NCBI RefSeq assembly: GCF_009914755.1
Contig: NC_060936.1
Direction: 5' to 3' (one strand)
Length of the DNA stretch: 64,000 bases
Origin: the human T2T-CHM13v2.0 reference genome, Homo sapiens
The stretch's first letter is position 1; each line of letters opens with the position of its first letter. Shown one piece after another: positions 14,993 to 27,544 of the stretch. A program made the position numbers and the translations under genes. Below the pieces are notes generated by a model. It did not search any database. It was not told the origin of the DNA and saw only the letters and a program-made list of their open reading frames with translations.

Positions 14993-15651
14993 TGCAAATA
15001 TCTTATTCCCTATTTGGTATTCCCTAATCCTAAACTTCACCCCCAGAATAAACCTCACAATAACCCTAACCATGATACAAGCTTGGCTCTTCCCTCTGCA
15101 AATATCTTATTCCCTATTTGGTATTCCCTAATCCTAAACTTCACCCCCAGAATAAACCTCACAATAACCCTAACCATGATACAAGCTCTAACCCCATAGC
15201 AAAATATATTGGATTAACCTTTTCTTTTTTAAAAAGTATCCTCTAGTCTCCAGTAATCTTTATCTTTCAGAATCTATGGTTTCCAGGTGGACATAGTATT
15301 TGTCACTCTATATCACTCTTCTCTATTTCTTAGTAGGTCTATATGTCCTTCTAACATTGTAATCTCCTTTTACAAAAATCCAGCAAGTCTACATTTTTAA
15401 AAATTGCTTTTTCTCTAAAATTTAAGATTCACATTACTTAGAATTTGTATAAGGATGTATATTTGCATTTGGTGTTATAAGCATTATCACTGGTTTTAGG
15501 TTCAATTGTTTTCTCATATGACTCATTGGTACTACCCACAACATTTGCCTCTTTGAATGTTATAGCTACTGTTTTTCATAGTAAATTGATTTACATATTT
15601 GTCGGGATGTTTTTCTCCTCCCTCATCACATTTAGTTTCAATTCCTCTTGA
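14762..15651. repeat. Inverted repeat pair: 14762-14929 = reverse complement of 15484-15651
   Basis: Base-by-base comparison gives 168 bp with one mismatch (aacccaaaa vs aacctaaaa). Confidence 0.97.
14978..15187. repeat. Perfect 104-bp tandem duplication
   Basis: 14978-15081 is identical to 15082-15185, with 2-bp (ct) junction microhomology. Confidence 0.98.
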
Positions 15652-15689
15652 TTAGTTTAGCTTGCCTCCAGGCAAATTCATTCTCCAAG

Positions 15690-15965
15690 GAGAAGATAGT
15701 GTTTGAGCTAGACGAGGCTTAGAAAATAAGATGAAAATAAGAAAGGCATTCTAGGTAAAATGAATGATGCAGAGATAGAAATATCAATATGTGACTAGGG
15801 AATATTATACAGATAATTGTAGGATTTGTGATAGAAAACAATGAGAATTTAGGTAGAAATGGTAGGTATAGGCCACAAAAATAGCTTCAAATTTCAAGTT
15901 GAAAAAGTTTGGATTTTATTTGTAGAGTGTAGATTTTTTTTTTTATCTTATCTGAAGTTGAGCAG
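15690..15965 (-). mobile_element. L2 LINE fragment
   Basis: tttgagctagac...gaaaggcattctaggtaaaa...aagtttggattttatt is a typical L2 remnant. Confidence 0.55.
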
Positions 15966-16199
15966 TGTTTCTCAAAATTCAAGACTGTATCACTGATATA
16001 CTTTGAAAGTTACATAGTCAAAGTAATTGGGGGATAAAGGATAAGTTTGTGTTACACATGCTGGAGTAGAGGTACTTTCAAGTAAGCTTGGATAAGAATT
16101 CTGTTCAATGCAGACACTATGATTAATAGAGACTGAGAGTCACAATCAGGGTATTCTTTATTAGTAAAAATGTGTGATAGATGAAGAATGCTATATTAC

Positions 16200-16700
16200 T
16201 ATGTTTTCAGTTATAAATTACAGGAACCCAATTTGAATTAATTTAAGCAATAAAGAAGATTTATTGGAAGAATATTGCTATAGCTCAGACTTGGACAGTT
16301 CTAGGGGCTTAAGGAACAGGAACTTGAACTTGGTCAAAGCCAGAACTCTTTCTCTCAGTCCCTCCAGCTCTCTTTGCTTATTGTTAATTGGCTCTACAGT
16401 ATTTTCTTCTATGAAAGGCAAACTTTCCCCATGTGTTAAGAATTGTGATTGCTGAACAACTTTGGAATCACATTATTAGAGAGTTTTCTAAAGAAGGAAC
16501 TAATAGCCTCAGTTACATAAAATCTGTATAAGAGCTATGATTGGTCTGGTCTAGGTCATGAATCTATTACTGAACCACTTACTGTGGTCAGAGGCAAGAG
16601 TCACTATGGTTAAGATTCACTTCTATGGATAGGAAGGTGGGATGTATTACTAGAAGTATGGTAGAGGGAAACATTTTGACTATAGAGAAAAGAAACCACA
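16200..16700 (-). mobile_element. Old ERVL/MaLR LTR (LTR33/MLT1K-L-like)
   Basis: caggaacccaatttgaattaatttaagcaataaagaagatttattgg; gattggtctggtctaggtcatg...tgaaccacttactgtgg. Confidence 0.6.
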
Positions 16701-16833
16701 GTTTTGATTATGCCTCCCAATTTTATTATTCAGTAATGATTAAAACATATATTTACAAGAGTATGGTTGTGCTGCATGCTAACACTGATACGTGCTACAC
16801 CAGTAAACTGGCCAACATCATCAGTGATGATTA

Positions 16834-17186
<353 letters not shown>

Positions 17187-18065
17187 TTAAATACAGGCGT
17201 ATTGTGTCTTATAGGAAACTATATGCCTGTAAATGAAGTAAATATATCATCAAAGGCATTGTCTTTCTCTGAAATAATTGGAATAAAACATGAAACATCA
17301 AAGGTGAAGTTTCAAAATAAACAAAGGGAGGTCTGATTGCTTTAGGAAGAAAACTGCTTGGTATATACCACTGGAGTAGGATAAAATCAAAAGCATGAAA
17401 ACAATAAACCATCAGCCTATAACAGCTTGAGTCTAAGTTGGAAATCTAATGATGTTTTAAGCTGAGCTCATCTAGAGCAAAAGTCATAAGCCAGTTGATA
17501 TCTGAAGAAAGCAGAATTCATAGAAAAAGAGTGAAGGCGATCAGGAGCAGAACAGGAAAAAAAAACACATTAAGAGAGAAGCAAAATAAAGCTGTTGAGT
17601 CACCATTATGGCAGGATAGAAGAGGTTTGAGTTAATTGGGGTGCTGCTGAGAAGGGTAACAGGATAACTGGGCTTTGGAGCTGCTGTTACACATGGCATA
17701 GCGTCTCAGTTCTCCGTAAGATTTGATTATGTGGCAGTTGGAACTGCTTCCGATTTGTTTTACTTTCCCATAACTCTTTAAGATGGATCCCAAATAACTG
17801 AAACAATCTCTCTGCATCTCTATTCCTGGAAATGTCAAAACATAAAGGATCCCCATTTTACATTTATCTTTTAGACGAATCTTTTGTTTAAAGACAATAG
17901 GCTCCTAATAACATCTATGAATTTTGCAGTGCTGCATCCTTGATTAATTTGTGTATATTTTTACATATTGGTAAGATTTGACCAGCAAATTCAAACTGAA
18001 TAAAACAGAATTAATTTCCCATGTGATGTTCCAGTTTAACAAGATAATTCTTGCAAAGATAATAT

Positions 18066-18296
18066 AAAGTGTGGTTCCAGAGCACATGGACTCTGAGGTC
18101 AAACAGACCTGTCTTTCAATCCTGGAAGAGTTCTGTGTCCTCACACAGGGTTTTAAAGCTTGAATTTTAACATTTTTAAAGTATAGATAATAATAGTTCC
18201 TCTCCTAGGGCTGCTTGAAAATTAAATAAGACAATATGTTTTCAGTAGTATTATCATCACATAGTGTTCAATAAATATCAGCTAGTAACCATCATT
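18066..18296 (+). mobile_element. MIR SINE
   Basis: gtggttccagagcacatggactctgaggtcaaacagacct...ttcaataaatatcagcta. Confidence 0.75.
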
Positions 18297-21200
18297 TGTT
18301 TAATATGTTAACTCTTATTACCTTATGTTAACTTATTGCTCTGGGATAAATTAACTTATGCAAATACTAATGTTCTGTTATATATTTAAGCAGGTTATTC
18401 ATGTAATTTCTTTGTTATACCAAAACACTTGTTTGATAGGCTGACCGGTTAAAAACAAACCTGAGAAAAAAATGGGTATTAAGTTACTTGATGGTCCCAA
18501 ACATACAGTGATGATCTTTGGATTATCCCTTCTATTAAGTGGTAGACGAATTAAGAAAAGATACAATTCTTCAAACGTGCTGGGTTAGGGAGTCTATGAA
18601 CTGAAACTGTCAATTCCCTAATACTGTTCTGAACAACTGAAATGTGAGACAAACGACTAAAACAGATGAGGATGGATAAATAACATTGTTTATTAATTAT
18701 GTTCATACTGCAGAAGGTGGCTTATATTTACAGGAAAATGGTATATCTAACACAGAACCAGACAGACCCAGCCACAGGCCACTGTGGCTTGGGGCTAGAT
18801 CTTCATGCTTAGGGTAAGAGCATAGATGAATAATGCAGAATGTATCTTTCCTTCAAAAATACCCTGTCTCCAGAATGAAAGAGAAGAGGAAGTGACTGCT
18901 CTCTCCAGTTTTTCACTGCAAAATCATCGGTTAGTTTAGTAAATATTTATCTCTTGGGGAAAGTGAGACATAGAAAGCCTAGGCTGTTAATCACACTGGA
19001 GTCCCCTAAATAAGAGATTGGAGTATGACTCCCAATCTCTTCCCCAAAATAAAACATATTTATTTACTGTTTTAGTCTTGCTATTTTTTTAAAAAATACA
19101 TTGTCTATCTTGTACTATAGACATCAGTAATTGTCAGAAAATATTAGTGTTATTTTAGACCTGCGTGAAAGATTAAGTCTAACAAAGTATTAAGCATTTT
19201 TTAATTAAAATGTTCAAAACATGCCTAATTTACTTGTAGACAGTAAGAAGAAAAGAAAATAATGGTTTAGAAAAAAGAGGATAATAATGTTACTGGAAGA
19301 AGACAAAGCATTGCTTTTGCCATGTAGACTTTGGAAAGATAAAGAAAATAGGACCAAAACATAATAGCCTTGGGACTAATATGTCTCCATTATGAAGGAG
19401 GGTGAAAACCCGTAAGTGAACCAGCTCATGGGTTCTGCTGGGTTCCTACATGGAGGTTTCAGGGGGTAAAGCTAAACCTAGATCATATGGAGTATAGTAT
19501 GGTAGGAGTGTTGGAGAGATATCCGTGGTCTGAATTTTCTCCTTAGTAAAATTCCTTTAAATATGATAAATTTTAGGCTAATTTTTATTTCTCATCAAAA
19601 GCTGCCTAACTATCCCTTTCTTCTAAAGCCAGGACTCTAGCAGTAGAGTAGATGGCTGCTAATAGGACTCTGGATGAAATGGACAGCAATTTGCACACAA
19701 ACAGAGGTAATATTTTAAACAGACTGGTATTCATGCAATGACAAGTGGCTAACAACAATAAATTGCTGCTTCTTTGATGGTGACGTTATTAGACTTGGAA
19801 AAGCTTGATGCTTCTTCCACCTTAACAAGCACTGTCTTTTTTATAACTTGAGAAAAATGCGATTAGATGGTGAGATCGCAGCGGAATGAGGCCTAGCTTC
19901 AATGAAATAACCCCAGTGACGTGGCATTTCTGTTTCAGACATTGTTGGGAATCATTAATAGGTGAACCTCTGTACTGGTGGATAATATTATTATTGCACC
20001 TGGCCATAACAGCTTAAGTTTTAGTTCTCCTCCAGTGAACTCAAATCTAAATGGCAAATTCATGGAGAGGAAAATGGAAAGGTTCTAAATAGTGAAATAT
20101 ATAAATTAAAATATAAATTAAAGTCCTACAAGAATACGATGTGTAGTGAATTTTTAATTTTAGTTAAAAATATTTTTGGTGACAGTTAAGCTGTTAGGTA
20201 ATTGCTATATTCTAGCAGAATGATATTGGTACAATGTGCTTCCCAGAAACTGGTGTTTTTTACAGAGGAAATTGTGGCCACTATAGAAAAAACACTACTA
20301 GAAAACATTTAAATCAGAGAAGTAATGTAAAAGATTTGAATTTTTTTTTTAAAAAGACAATATGCTTTTCACTTGTATTTTTCTTTGCTGATGAATTCAG
20401 AATTCTAGTTCTTTGGTATGACTCACAATTTTTATTTTAGTAGTGTATTCTGTTTAAGCATAGAATGCAGAGAATTGTCTTAAACTAGCTGTTGGTAACA
20501 ATTGCACTGATACTGAGAATTACTATGACTGCTTTCTTCAACTTTAATTTTGATAATGTTAAATGTCTCTTTTTCTTCCGCCTCCCCACCCCCCCGCCCC
20601 CCTCCGCCCACCTGCAGCTCGGATTAAATAGTGAATTAAAGTATAGCACAGCAGGGACTCTCCCAGGAGCCTCATGAGGAATGGGGCTGTATTGGTTATG
20701 CATCAATTCTAGTTTTACGAAAGAATAACAGACACTATTTTCAGTGTAATAATTATTTAGTTATGCAGTATTTGGGGTTATTTCAATTTCTTGGAAATGT
20801 AAATTTCCTAGTGTCTAAATATCAGTCTCTAGGTTCACAATGGTGTATTGAAATAAATGAGAGTGCTTGACTGATGAGTAGTGCATGAAACGTGCCTCTT
20901 TATATATGTCTAAAGCATTCTATTTGATACAACTTCTCATCAATGTTGGTGGATAAGATATTTAGCATTCAGTCTTCTAGTCTTTAAAATTGAAAAGGCC
21001 TTTATTTTGGAGAAATTTTTAAAGGAACCTCAAAATATAACTTTGCCACACTGATGCGTTGTCTCAAGGGCCAAGTGAAATAATTATGCTACAGAGAATG
21101 CTTATTTATATTCTTGTCTCATTTTGTGAACCTTCCAAAGGTAATTGGAAGATTGGCCTTTTAATAAGGCCAAAATACAAAACTGAGATGAGTGGGTGGG

Positions 21201-21669
21201 TTATCATCCTCTACTTGGTGTCCATTCACTCATTTATTCATTCATCAAGTATGTATTGAAAGTTTTTAAGGTAGAGAATCATAAAGATGGAGATAAAAAT
21301 ACTACAGCTTAATAAATGAGAAAATGTGTTTCAGATATGTAGCTATAATCAGGCTTCCTAATATTTTCCCTGTACAGTAAAATGTATATGCTCAGAAATG
21401 CAGGCATTAGCAGATACAGAGCCTGCTTTCAGAAAAGCAGAGGAAGCATGCACCTTGAGACACAACTGCTTTGAAGAAATACAGAAACAGGAATTTACAA
21501 TTTCAGGCCTTTCCCCTAATTAATCAATTGATGTCTCTTTTTCTTTTTGGGAAGGAGAGGCCTGCATGTTACCACATGCTTTTCTCTTCTAGAATGCCCA
21601 CATTTTCTCTCCTCCATATGAAAAGAATGGGATAGAGTACTATCTCCACCTTCCTCCATCCTCACCATT

Positions 21670-21930
21670 TCCAGAAGTATTTGTTCTGGGTGGGCAATGT
21701 TAGATGCCATGAGATATACACAGGTAGAAGGGGAGCTGATACTCCAAGTGCTAAGTGCCAAAGAGACATAAACTATATTATTTCTTTTGGTCTAGTTCAT
21801 AGGAAGAACATTAAAGTTGGGAGAATAGTTAAACTGGGCTTTGAAAGATATGTAAGATTTAGCCAGGAAGACACAAATGGAAAGGCATTAAACATAGGGA
21901 AGAACATGAGGTGATGAAAAATCGTAAAAT
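21670..21930 (-). mobile_element. L2 fragment
   Basis: aactgggctttgaaagatatgtaagatttagccagg...aaaggcatt. Confidence 0.5.
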
Positions 21931-22499
21931 ACTACTACTTGGATTAAGAAAAAAAGATAAATGCAAGACATTTTGAAGGAAAAGTAAATAAGGCAGATTA
22001 TGCAGTAGAAATGGAGAAGAGATAAAAATAAGAGTGGTATTTTAGAACCTATGTATTTATGAATTTAATATTCTTCAATTCAGCTATTTAAGAACCACTC
22101 TCAAAATTTTATGAAAAATTTTAGAATGTTAATCACGTAGGTTATTCTGAGGTTTACATGTGCTTATATATGTAAAACTACTTAAATATTGATTGTGTGG
22201 GCTGTGAGCTTGGGTTCAGAAAGGGTGCGAGTCCAGAATTCATTTCCAAAATAATGATTGATGTGAAAGTGAAGATTCTTAAAAGTCTTTATGTATCAGT
22301 TTTAAAATGTAAAAAAGTCTACTATACTTGCAGAAGAACATTACGGTCTTAGTCTCTCAAAGGCTCTAAGCATATTAAGTCTTCTGTCCTTTGCAAAGTC
22401 TTCAATTTTGGCATGAAAGAAAGAAGGAAGACAACACCTTATTAAGTTTGTTTAGTTTCTTGAATACCCCAGTTTTGTTTCCATTTTAAGCCCTTGCCT

Positions 22500-22875
22500 T
22501 CTTCATGGGTGCTCTCACCTGAACTTTTGCTTGTCCAGGTTCTGTCATAATTCATGTCATAATTCAAATGATGTTTTCTTAGAAAATCCTTCCTTGTATA
22601 TCCTAAAGTAGTTTCTCTTCCTTAGATACTGAATTATGTCATGTTTCATTTTTATTCAGAACACTAATGGAATCTATGCATCTATGTTTGCCAAGTTATG
22701 TGTTTTCTATTTTATCCTCTAGATGGAGTTTCTTTTTATCATCTTCCTTTCGATGGAAATTTTCTGGTGTTAGGAACCATTATTATCCCTGTGTATCACT
22801 GTATTTTTGGCACATGAAGGGATGCTTAAGAATCAACATGTTATCAATATTTGTTGAATCAATGAATGAATGAAC
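22500..22875 (+). mobile_element. L2 3' end
   Basis: Ends caatatttgttgaatcaatgaatgaatgaa (L2 terminal repeat). Confidence 0.7.
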
Positions 22876-24399
22876 ATATTAAGGGGCCATCCTGTCTATT
22901 TTGAATAACTTATAGGTATATATCCCAAACCTTGACCAATTTAGGGTAGCAATAAACCAATCTTTGATATATCCTTGTGGAAAATACAAATCTCTAGAGT
23001 ATATAACTGTATGTGCTTGATTTTGTTTTCAAATAAGGATAGTGAAGTAAACCAAAAAGTAAAACTGAAAACATTTCTATTGCTGTCACTCTTTTGTGAT
23101 TTTTCTGTTTTTGTCTGTCAGAGCCTTGCTTTGCTTTGGCATAGGTAGTTCCTATCATACATGTAGAATTGGTGAGTTGATGGCTATATCAGGGAGTACT
23201 TGGCTAGTAAGAGAAGAAGCCAAACAATTAGTTGCTTTCTCAACATGATGCCACACAACCAGTGAGCAGAATTTTGCGCATAGCAGCCACATTCCCTCGG
23301 TCATTAGAGTACTGCTACTACTTTGTGCTCTTGAGGGAGAACATCTTCCTCTGAAAAAACTGTAAGAAAACATGCAAAAATAAAGGAAAAACAATAGCAA
23401 ACTGTGCTGAGCTTTCTAAAATTTTGTTCTTGTATTCTATCTCTTGAGATAATTATTTAAAAATCTGGTATCTTTATGAAGCTTTTAGACATGTATTATG
23501 CATTTTTGAGCATCTCTACCCTGACACTAATGCCATACCTATGTGAGGAAAACACAGATTTGAAAAAACTGAATGCCTGGCATCTTCAGCTATTTTTCTT
23601 TTACTTATTTGATTTTTATGAAAAGCGTTTGTGTAAAAAGGTCCAAACACCCACACTGACCCTAAGTGGGTCAGTTCTCAGTCACTGTCAGTCTCATGTT
23701 GTTCTTTACATTGTTTGAGAAATTGAAGATAATGATTGTGGTACTGCAGCTACCGTAAAAAGCATCTAAAGCTAAACTTTCATGGAAAAAAAGATTCCTT
23801 TTCACACTGAGTGAAAAATATAAGAATTTTCTGTTAACAAAGCGTATTTTTAGGAAACATTCATAAGTAGCAACTTTACAAAAACATTTTCTGATGCCTG
23901 CAGTTTTTAAACTTTTTTTTCTTTTTGCCACTATTTCTCAAGTCTTTTGATTGGTCATTGAATAACTAATGTTTGTGCTAAATTCTCACAAATTCTACCA
24001 AAATCCTAAACTATCCTGATGTGTCATGTGAATCCACATGTCTCAGAAAAATATTATCTCATACATATATGAGCTAGATTGATAGGAAGAATATATATTT
24101 GAAGGAATAGAAAGAAATGTTCATGTTAGAATGCTTGTAGTGATTTGAATTTGATTTTCAGATCAAAGAACACTGAAATATGTATTTTTGAAGTATAATC
24201 AACAAGAATAATGCATCTAAGTGTAGCTATTTCAAAAGCCAGAAAAGATAATACAAAAGAAAAGATGACATATGTTTTTGACCAATGCAATTTCAAAAGC
24301 AGTAATGGAACTACAAGGGTTTATAATAATGGGATATTATGTGTAATTTCACCATTTACTAATTTTCTATAACAAGGAGAATGAGAAGGCATGGTTTCT

Positions 24400-24556
24400 G
24401 TTTTTTTTTTTTCTTTCTTTTTTTTTTTTTTTGAGACAGAGTCTCGCTCTGTCACCCAGGCTGGAGTGCAGTGGCGCCATCTCCATCACTACAAGCTCCG
24501 CCTCCCGGGTTCATGCCATTCTCCTGCCTCAGCTTCCTGAATAGCTGGGACTACAG
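24400..24556 (-). mobile_element. 5'-truncated AluY (right arm only) with perfect 17-bp TSD
   Basis: TSD gagaaggcatggtttct at 24383-24399 and 24556-24572; AluY diagnostics caagctccgcctcccgggttca..ccattctcc and gggactacag. Confidence 0.95.
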
Positions 24557-27023
24557 AGAAGGCATGGTTTCTAAAGTGAAGAGATTTATTTTATTCATAG
24601 AAGAATTTAATTGCAAAATGTTTGCTAAATTCAAATTTACTGAGAGCTAAAGTTAGCTTTTAGTTGTTCATACTCAATATCCATGATAATCTCTTAAATC
24701 AATTGGAATTGTAATTCTTAAGAAGAATTTGCTAGGAAATGCAATTTGGATGAGAAGTCTAGAAATCAATATGCTAGCATTAAACCAGGTCTCATCTCTC
24801 TTTTCTTAAATTTTTCTGTTTTATTTCCTGTTTTCCTGAACTTTTTAGTTACGGTTCTTATTTTATTTAGACTTTTTGTTTACTTATGGAAACAATATTA
24901 TTAGAAGAAGCATTGCTATGTACATTACACACTCCTGATTCAGTTGCACAAGCTTTACAGTCAGCCTGTTCTCAGCTCTAAAATTACATTTGCTTCACTG
25001 AATTATTTCTCTTTCGCAAGGCCCCTGATGCCAAAGTACAGCCCTGAAATGGAAGTTTTGAAAGAGCTAATCATGAATCATAGTGGTTGGAATAACTTGG
25101 AATACATTGATGAAAAACATATAGCAGCTCTTTAGGGTTGCGATGGAAAAAAAAAAGGTCTTTGATGAACTAGTTTGATGTGTGGTTTCAAAACTGGTTG
25201 GTAACAGAACAGTCATATAGCTAGAGAGAGAGAGAAAAAAAAAAAAGATGAAGTTTTTCCCAGAAAATCTTGACAACTTCAGGGAGGAAACTTTGTATTC
25301 CCTTTCAGGATTCGTGGGAAGGAATCCTGACTTGTTCAAAGACTGGTTTTTATTTTACAGTCCATTAATCATTGAGTACTAATGGGCTGTGGAGTAGGAA
25401 CCCGGGGTCACCCAGCCAGAAGACTGCCCATGATTATGACAGCATGGCAGAGGTCTTCAGCTGAGGGTGGCCAACCCAGTCACAGGGAACCTTATCATTA
25501 GTCATCATAATGGGTCTAGCTTGACATACCCTGAGCTTTCAAGGGAAGCAGTGTTCAAACTTTTAAGTCGCCTGGTGTAACTATTCAATTCAAATGACAT
25601 ATTTTTCTAGATTTTTCAGTTACGAAAGGTGAGAAGAATACAAGATAATGAAATCAAAATGTACAATAATGTTCCCTCTTCCTAAATAATTTTCAGTTAA
25701 TACTACAAAAATATTATAGATTTGACAGAAAAAATATTACTTTTTCCAGGTTAAACATAACATTCACATTTAGTGTACTACAGATATTTTTCTTTTTTGG
25801 TTGCCCTCCAGTTCTTCTCTCTTTTTCTTATTCCTCCCTGAACTCAATCTGCAGACATTGTCAATAATAAATGTTATATAAACTTGGTTTTCAGAATTCT
25901 TATGGTTACAAATCCTGTCTGTAAAAACAGGACAGAAGAGTACTGTAACATGATCCATATGATAGTTGAATATTGCTTATAAAAACAACATTAAAAATCT
26001 AGTGCTTTCTTTCCTTGTAAGAAACATATCTCTTCAGATGGAAATTATTTATAAGTACCAGAAAAGTGCCCAGAATTGAATGCCTTTCAGACAATAGAAA
26101 AAATTTTCTGATATTTGACAGTTTTATTTAATGGTTTTGGTGATAGTTTCAATGTTTTAAAATTTACCACCAATTTCTATTTTTTTGTCCTTACATAAAG
26201 ATGTATAGAATATATTTATAGAAAACTTGGTGTTTAAATTTTAACACATGTAAGTTGAGATTTTATTAATTTAGAATATATTGTCTTTCATATAGCACTT
26301 AACAGGAAGCTTAATTTTGCAATTTGTGATTACAAGTTTGGTACACAAAATGAATGCCACAGGGTAGATTGACAAGAAAATATTCTAAAATAATTAAAAT
26401 ATAAAGATGCTTTTGGAGATCCTTGTGAACTTTGTAAGCATCAAGTACTTATATATAATTTATTTCCTAATTATAAACCATTTTCCTATTCACACAAATA
26501 CATCTAAAAACCTATAATAGACCGTGTTAACCTTCCTTTAAGGTATAATTTTTTGATATATGTGAAAATTCTGACATTTCTCCTATTTGGATTAATCTTC
26601 CTCACTGAGCATCCCACTGATTAGTCTATCTAGAACCAAATTTGAAACTTACTTTGATGTTTTGTGAGGACGACTTGGCCCAGATGAAAACCAAAACTAA
26701 GAAACTGTCAATTTAGGTTTGTTTTTGTTCCCCCTGAGAAAATTTCTTTGACTATGACAGTGATAGTTTATATTGTCTGGTGTGCATTTTAATTGTCCTT
26801 ATGTAACACCATACAGACCCTAGAGGACTCTATTTAGGCAGTATCAAGGCTTGAATCAGATCCTCCATTTGCCAGAACTTTGATTACCCTCTAATCCACA
26901 TGAAGGCAGGATCTGATAAAATGGAATCTGTGTTCTTAAAATTCAAAACTTCATTCATATAAGGAGGGCCATAAACAACCAGAAGAGATATAGATTTATG
27001 TAGGGGATGAGCATTATGTAGGC

Positions 27024-27544
27024 CAGGGGTCCCCAACCCCTGGGTCATGGCTTGTTAGGAATTAGGGCTGCACAGTAGGATGTGAGCTGTGCTTGAGTGA
27101 GCAAAGCTTCATCTGTATTTATAGCCATTTCCCATTACTTGCATTGCTGCCCGAGCTCTTCCTTCTGCCAGATCAGTGGTGGCATTAGATTCTCATGGGA
27201 GTGTGAACCCTATTCTGAACTGTGCATGTGAGGGGTCTAGGTTGCCTGCTTCCTATGAGAATGTAATGCCTGATAATCTGTCATTGTCTCCCATCACCCC
27301 CACTTTGGGACTGTCTAGTTGTCTAGTTGCTGGAAAACAAGCTCAGGGCTTCTACTGATTCTATGTGATGATGAGTTGCATAATTATCTTATTATATATC
27401 ACAGTGTAATAATAATAGAAATAAAGTGCATAACAAATGTAATGTGCTTGAGTCATTCTGAAACTATCCCCTGCCACACCCATCCATGTAAACATCCTCT
27501 TCCATGAAACTGGTCCCTGGTGCCAAAAAGGATAGGGACCTCTG
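27024..27544 (+). mobile_element. MER1A hAT-Charlie DNA transposon
   Basis: Terminal caggggtccccaacccc ... ggtccctggtgccaaaaaggatagggacctctg; internal ggcattagattctcat, aataatagaaataaagtgca. Confidence 0.92.

Noticed and set aside
17632-17856. 74-aa ORF in unique DNA with a repeated KSYG motif
   Set aside because: No recognisable family, splice context or promoter; ORFs of this size are expected by chance
18769-18790. 8-bp hairpin agccacag-gcca-ctgtggct (similar 7-bp stem near 1618-1638)
   Set aside because: Stems this short are expected by chance in 64 kb
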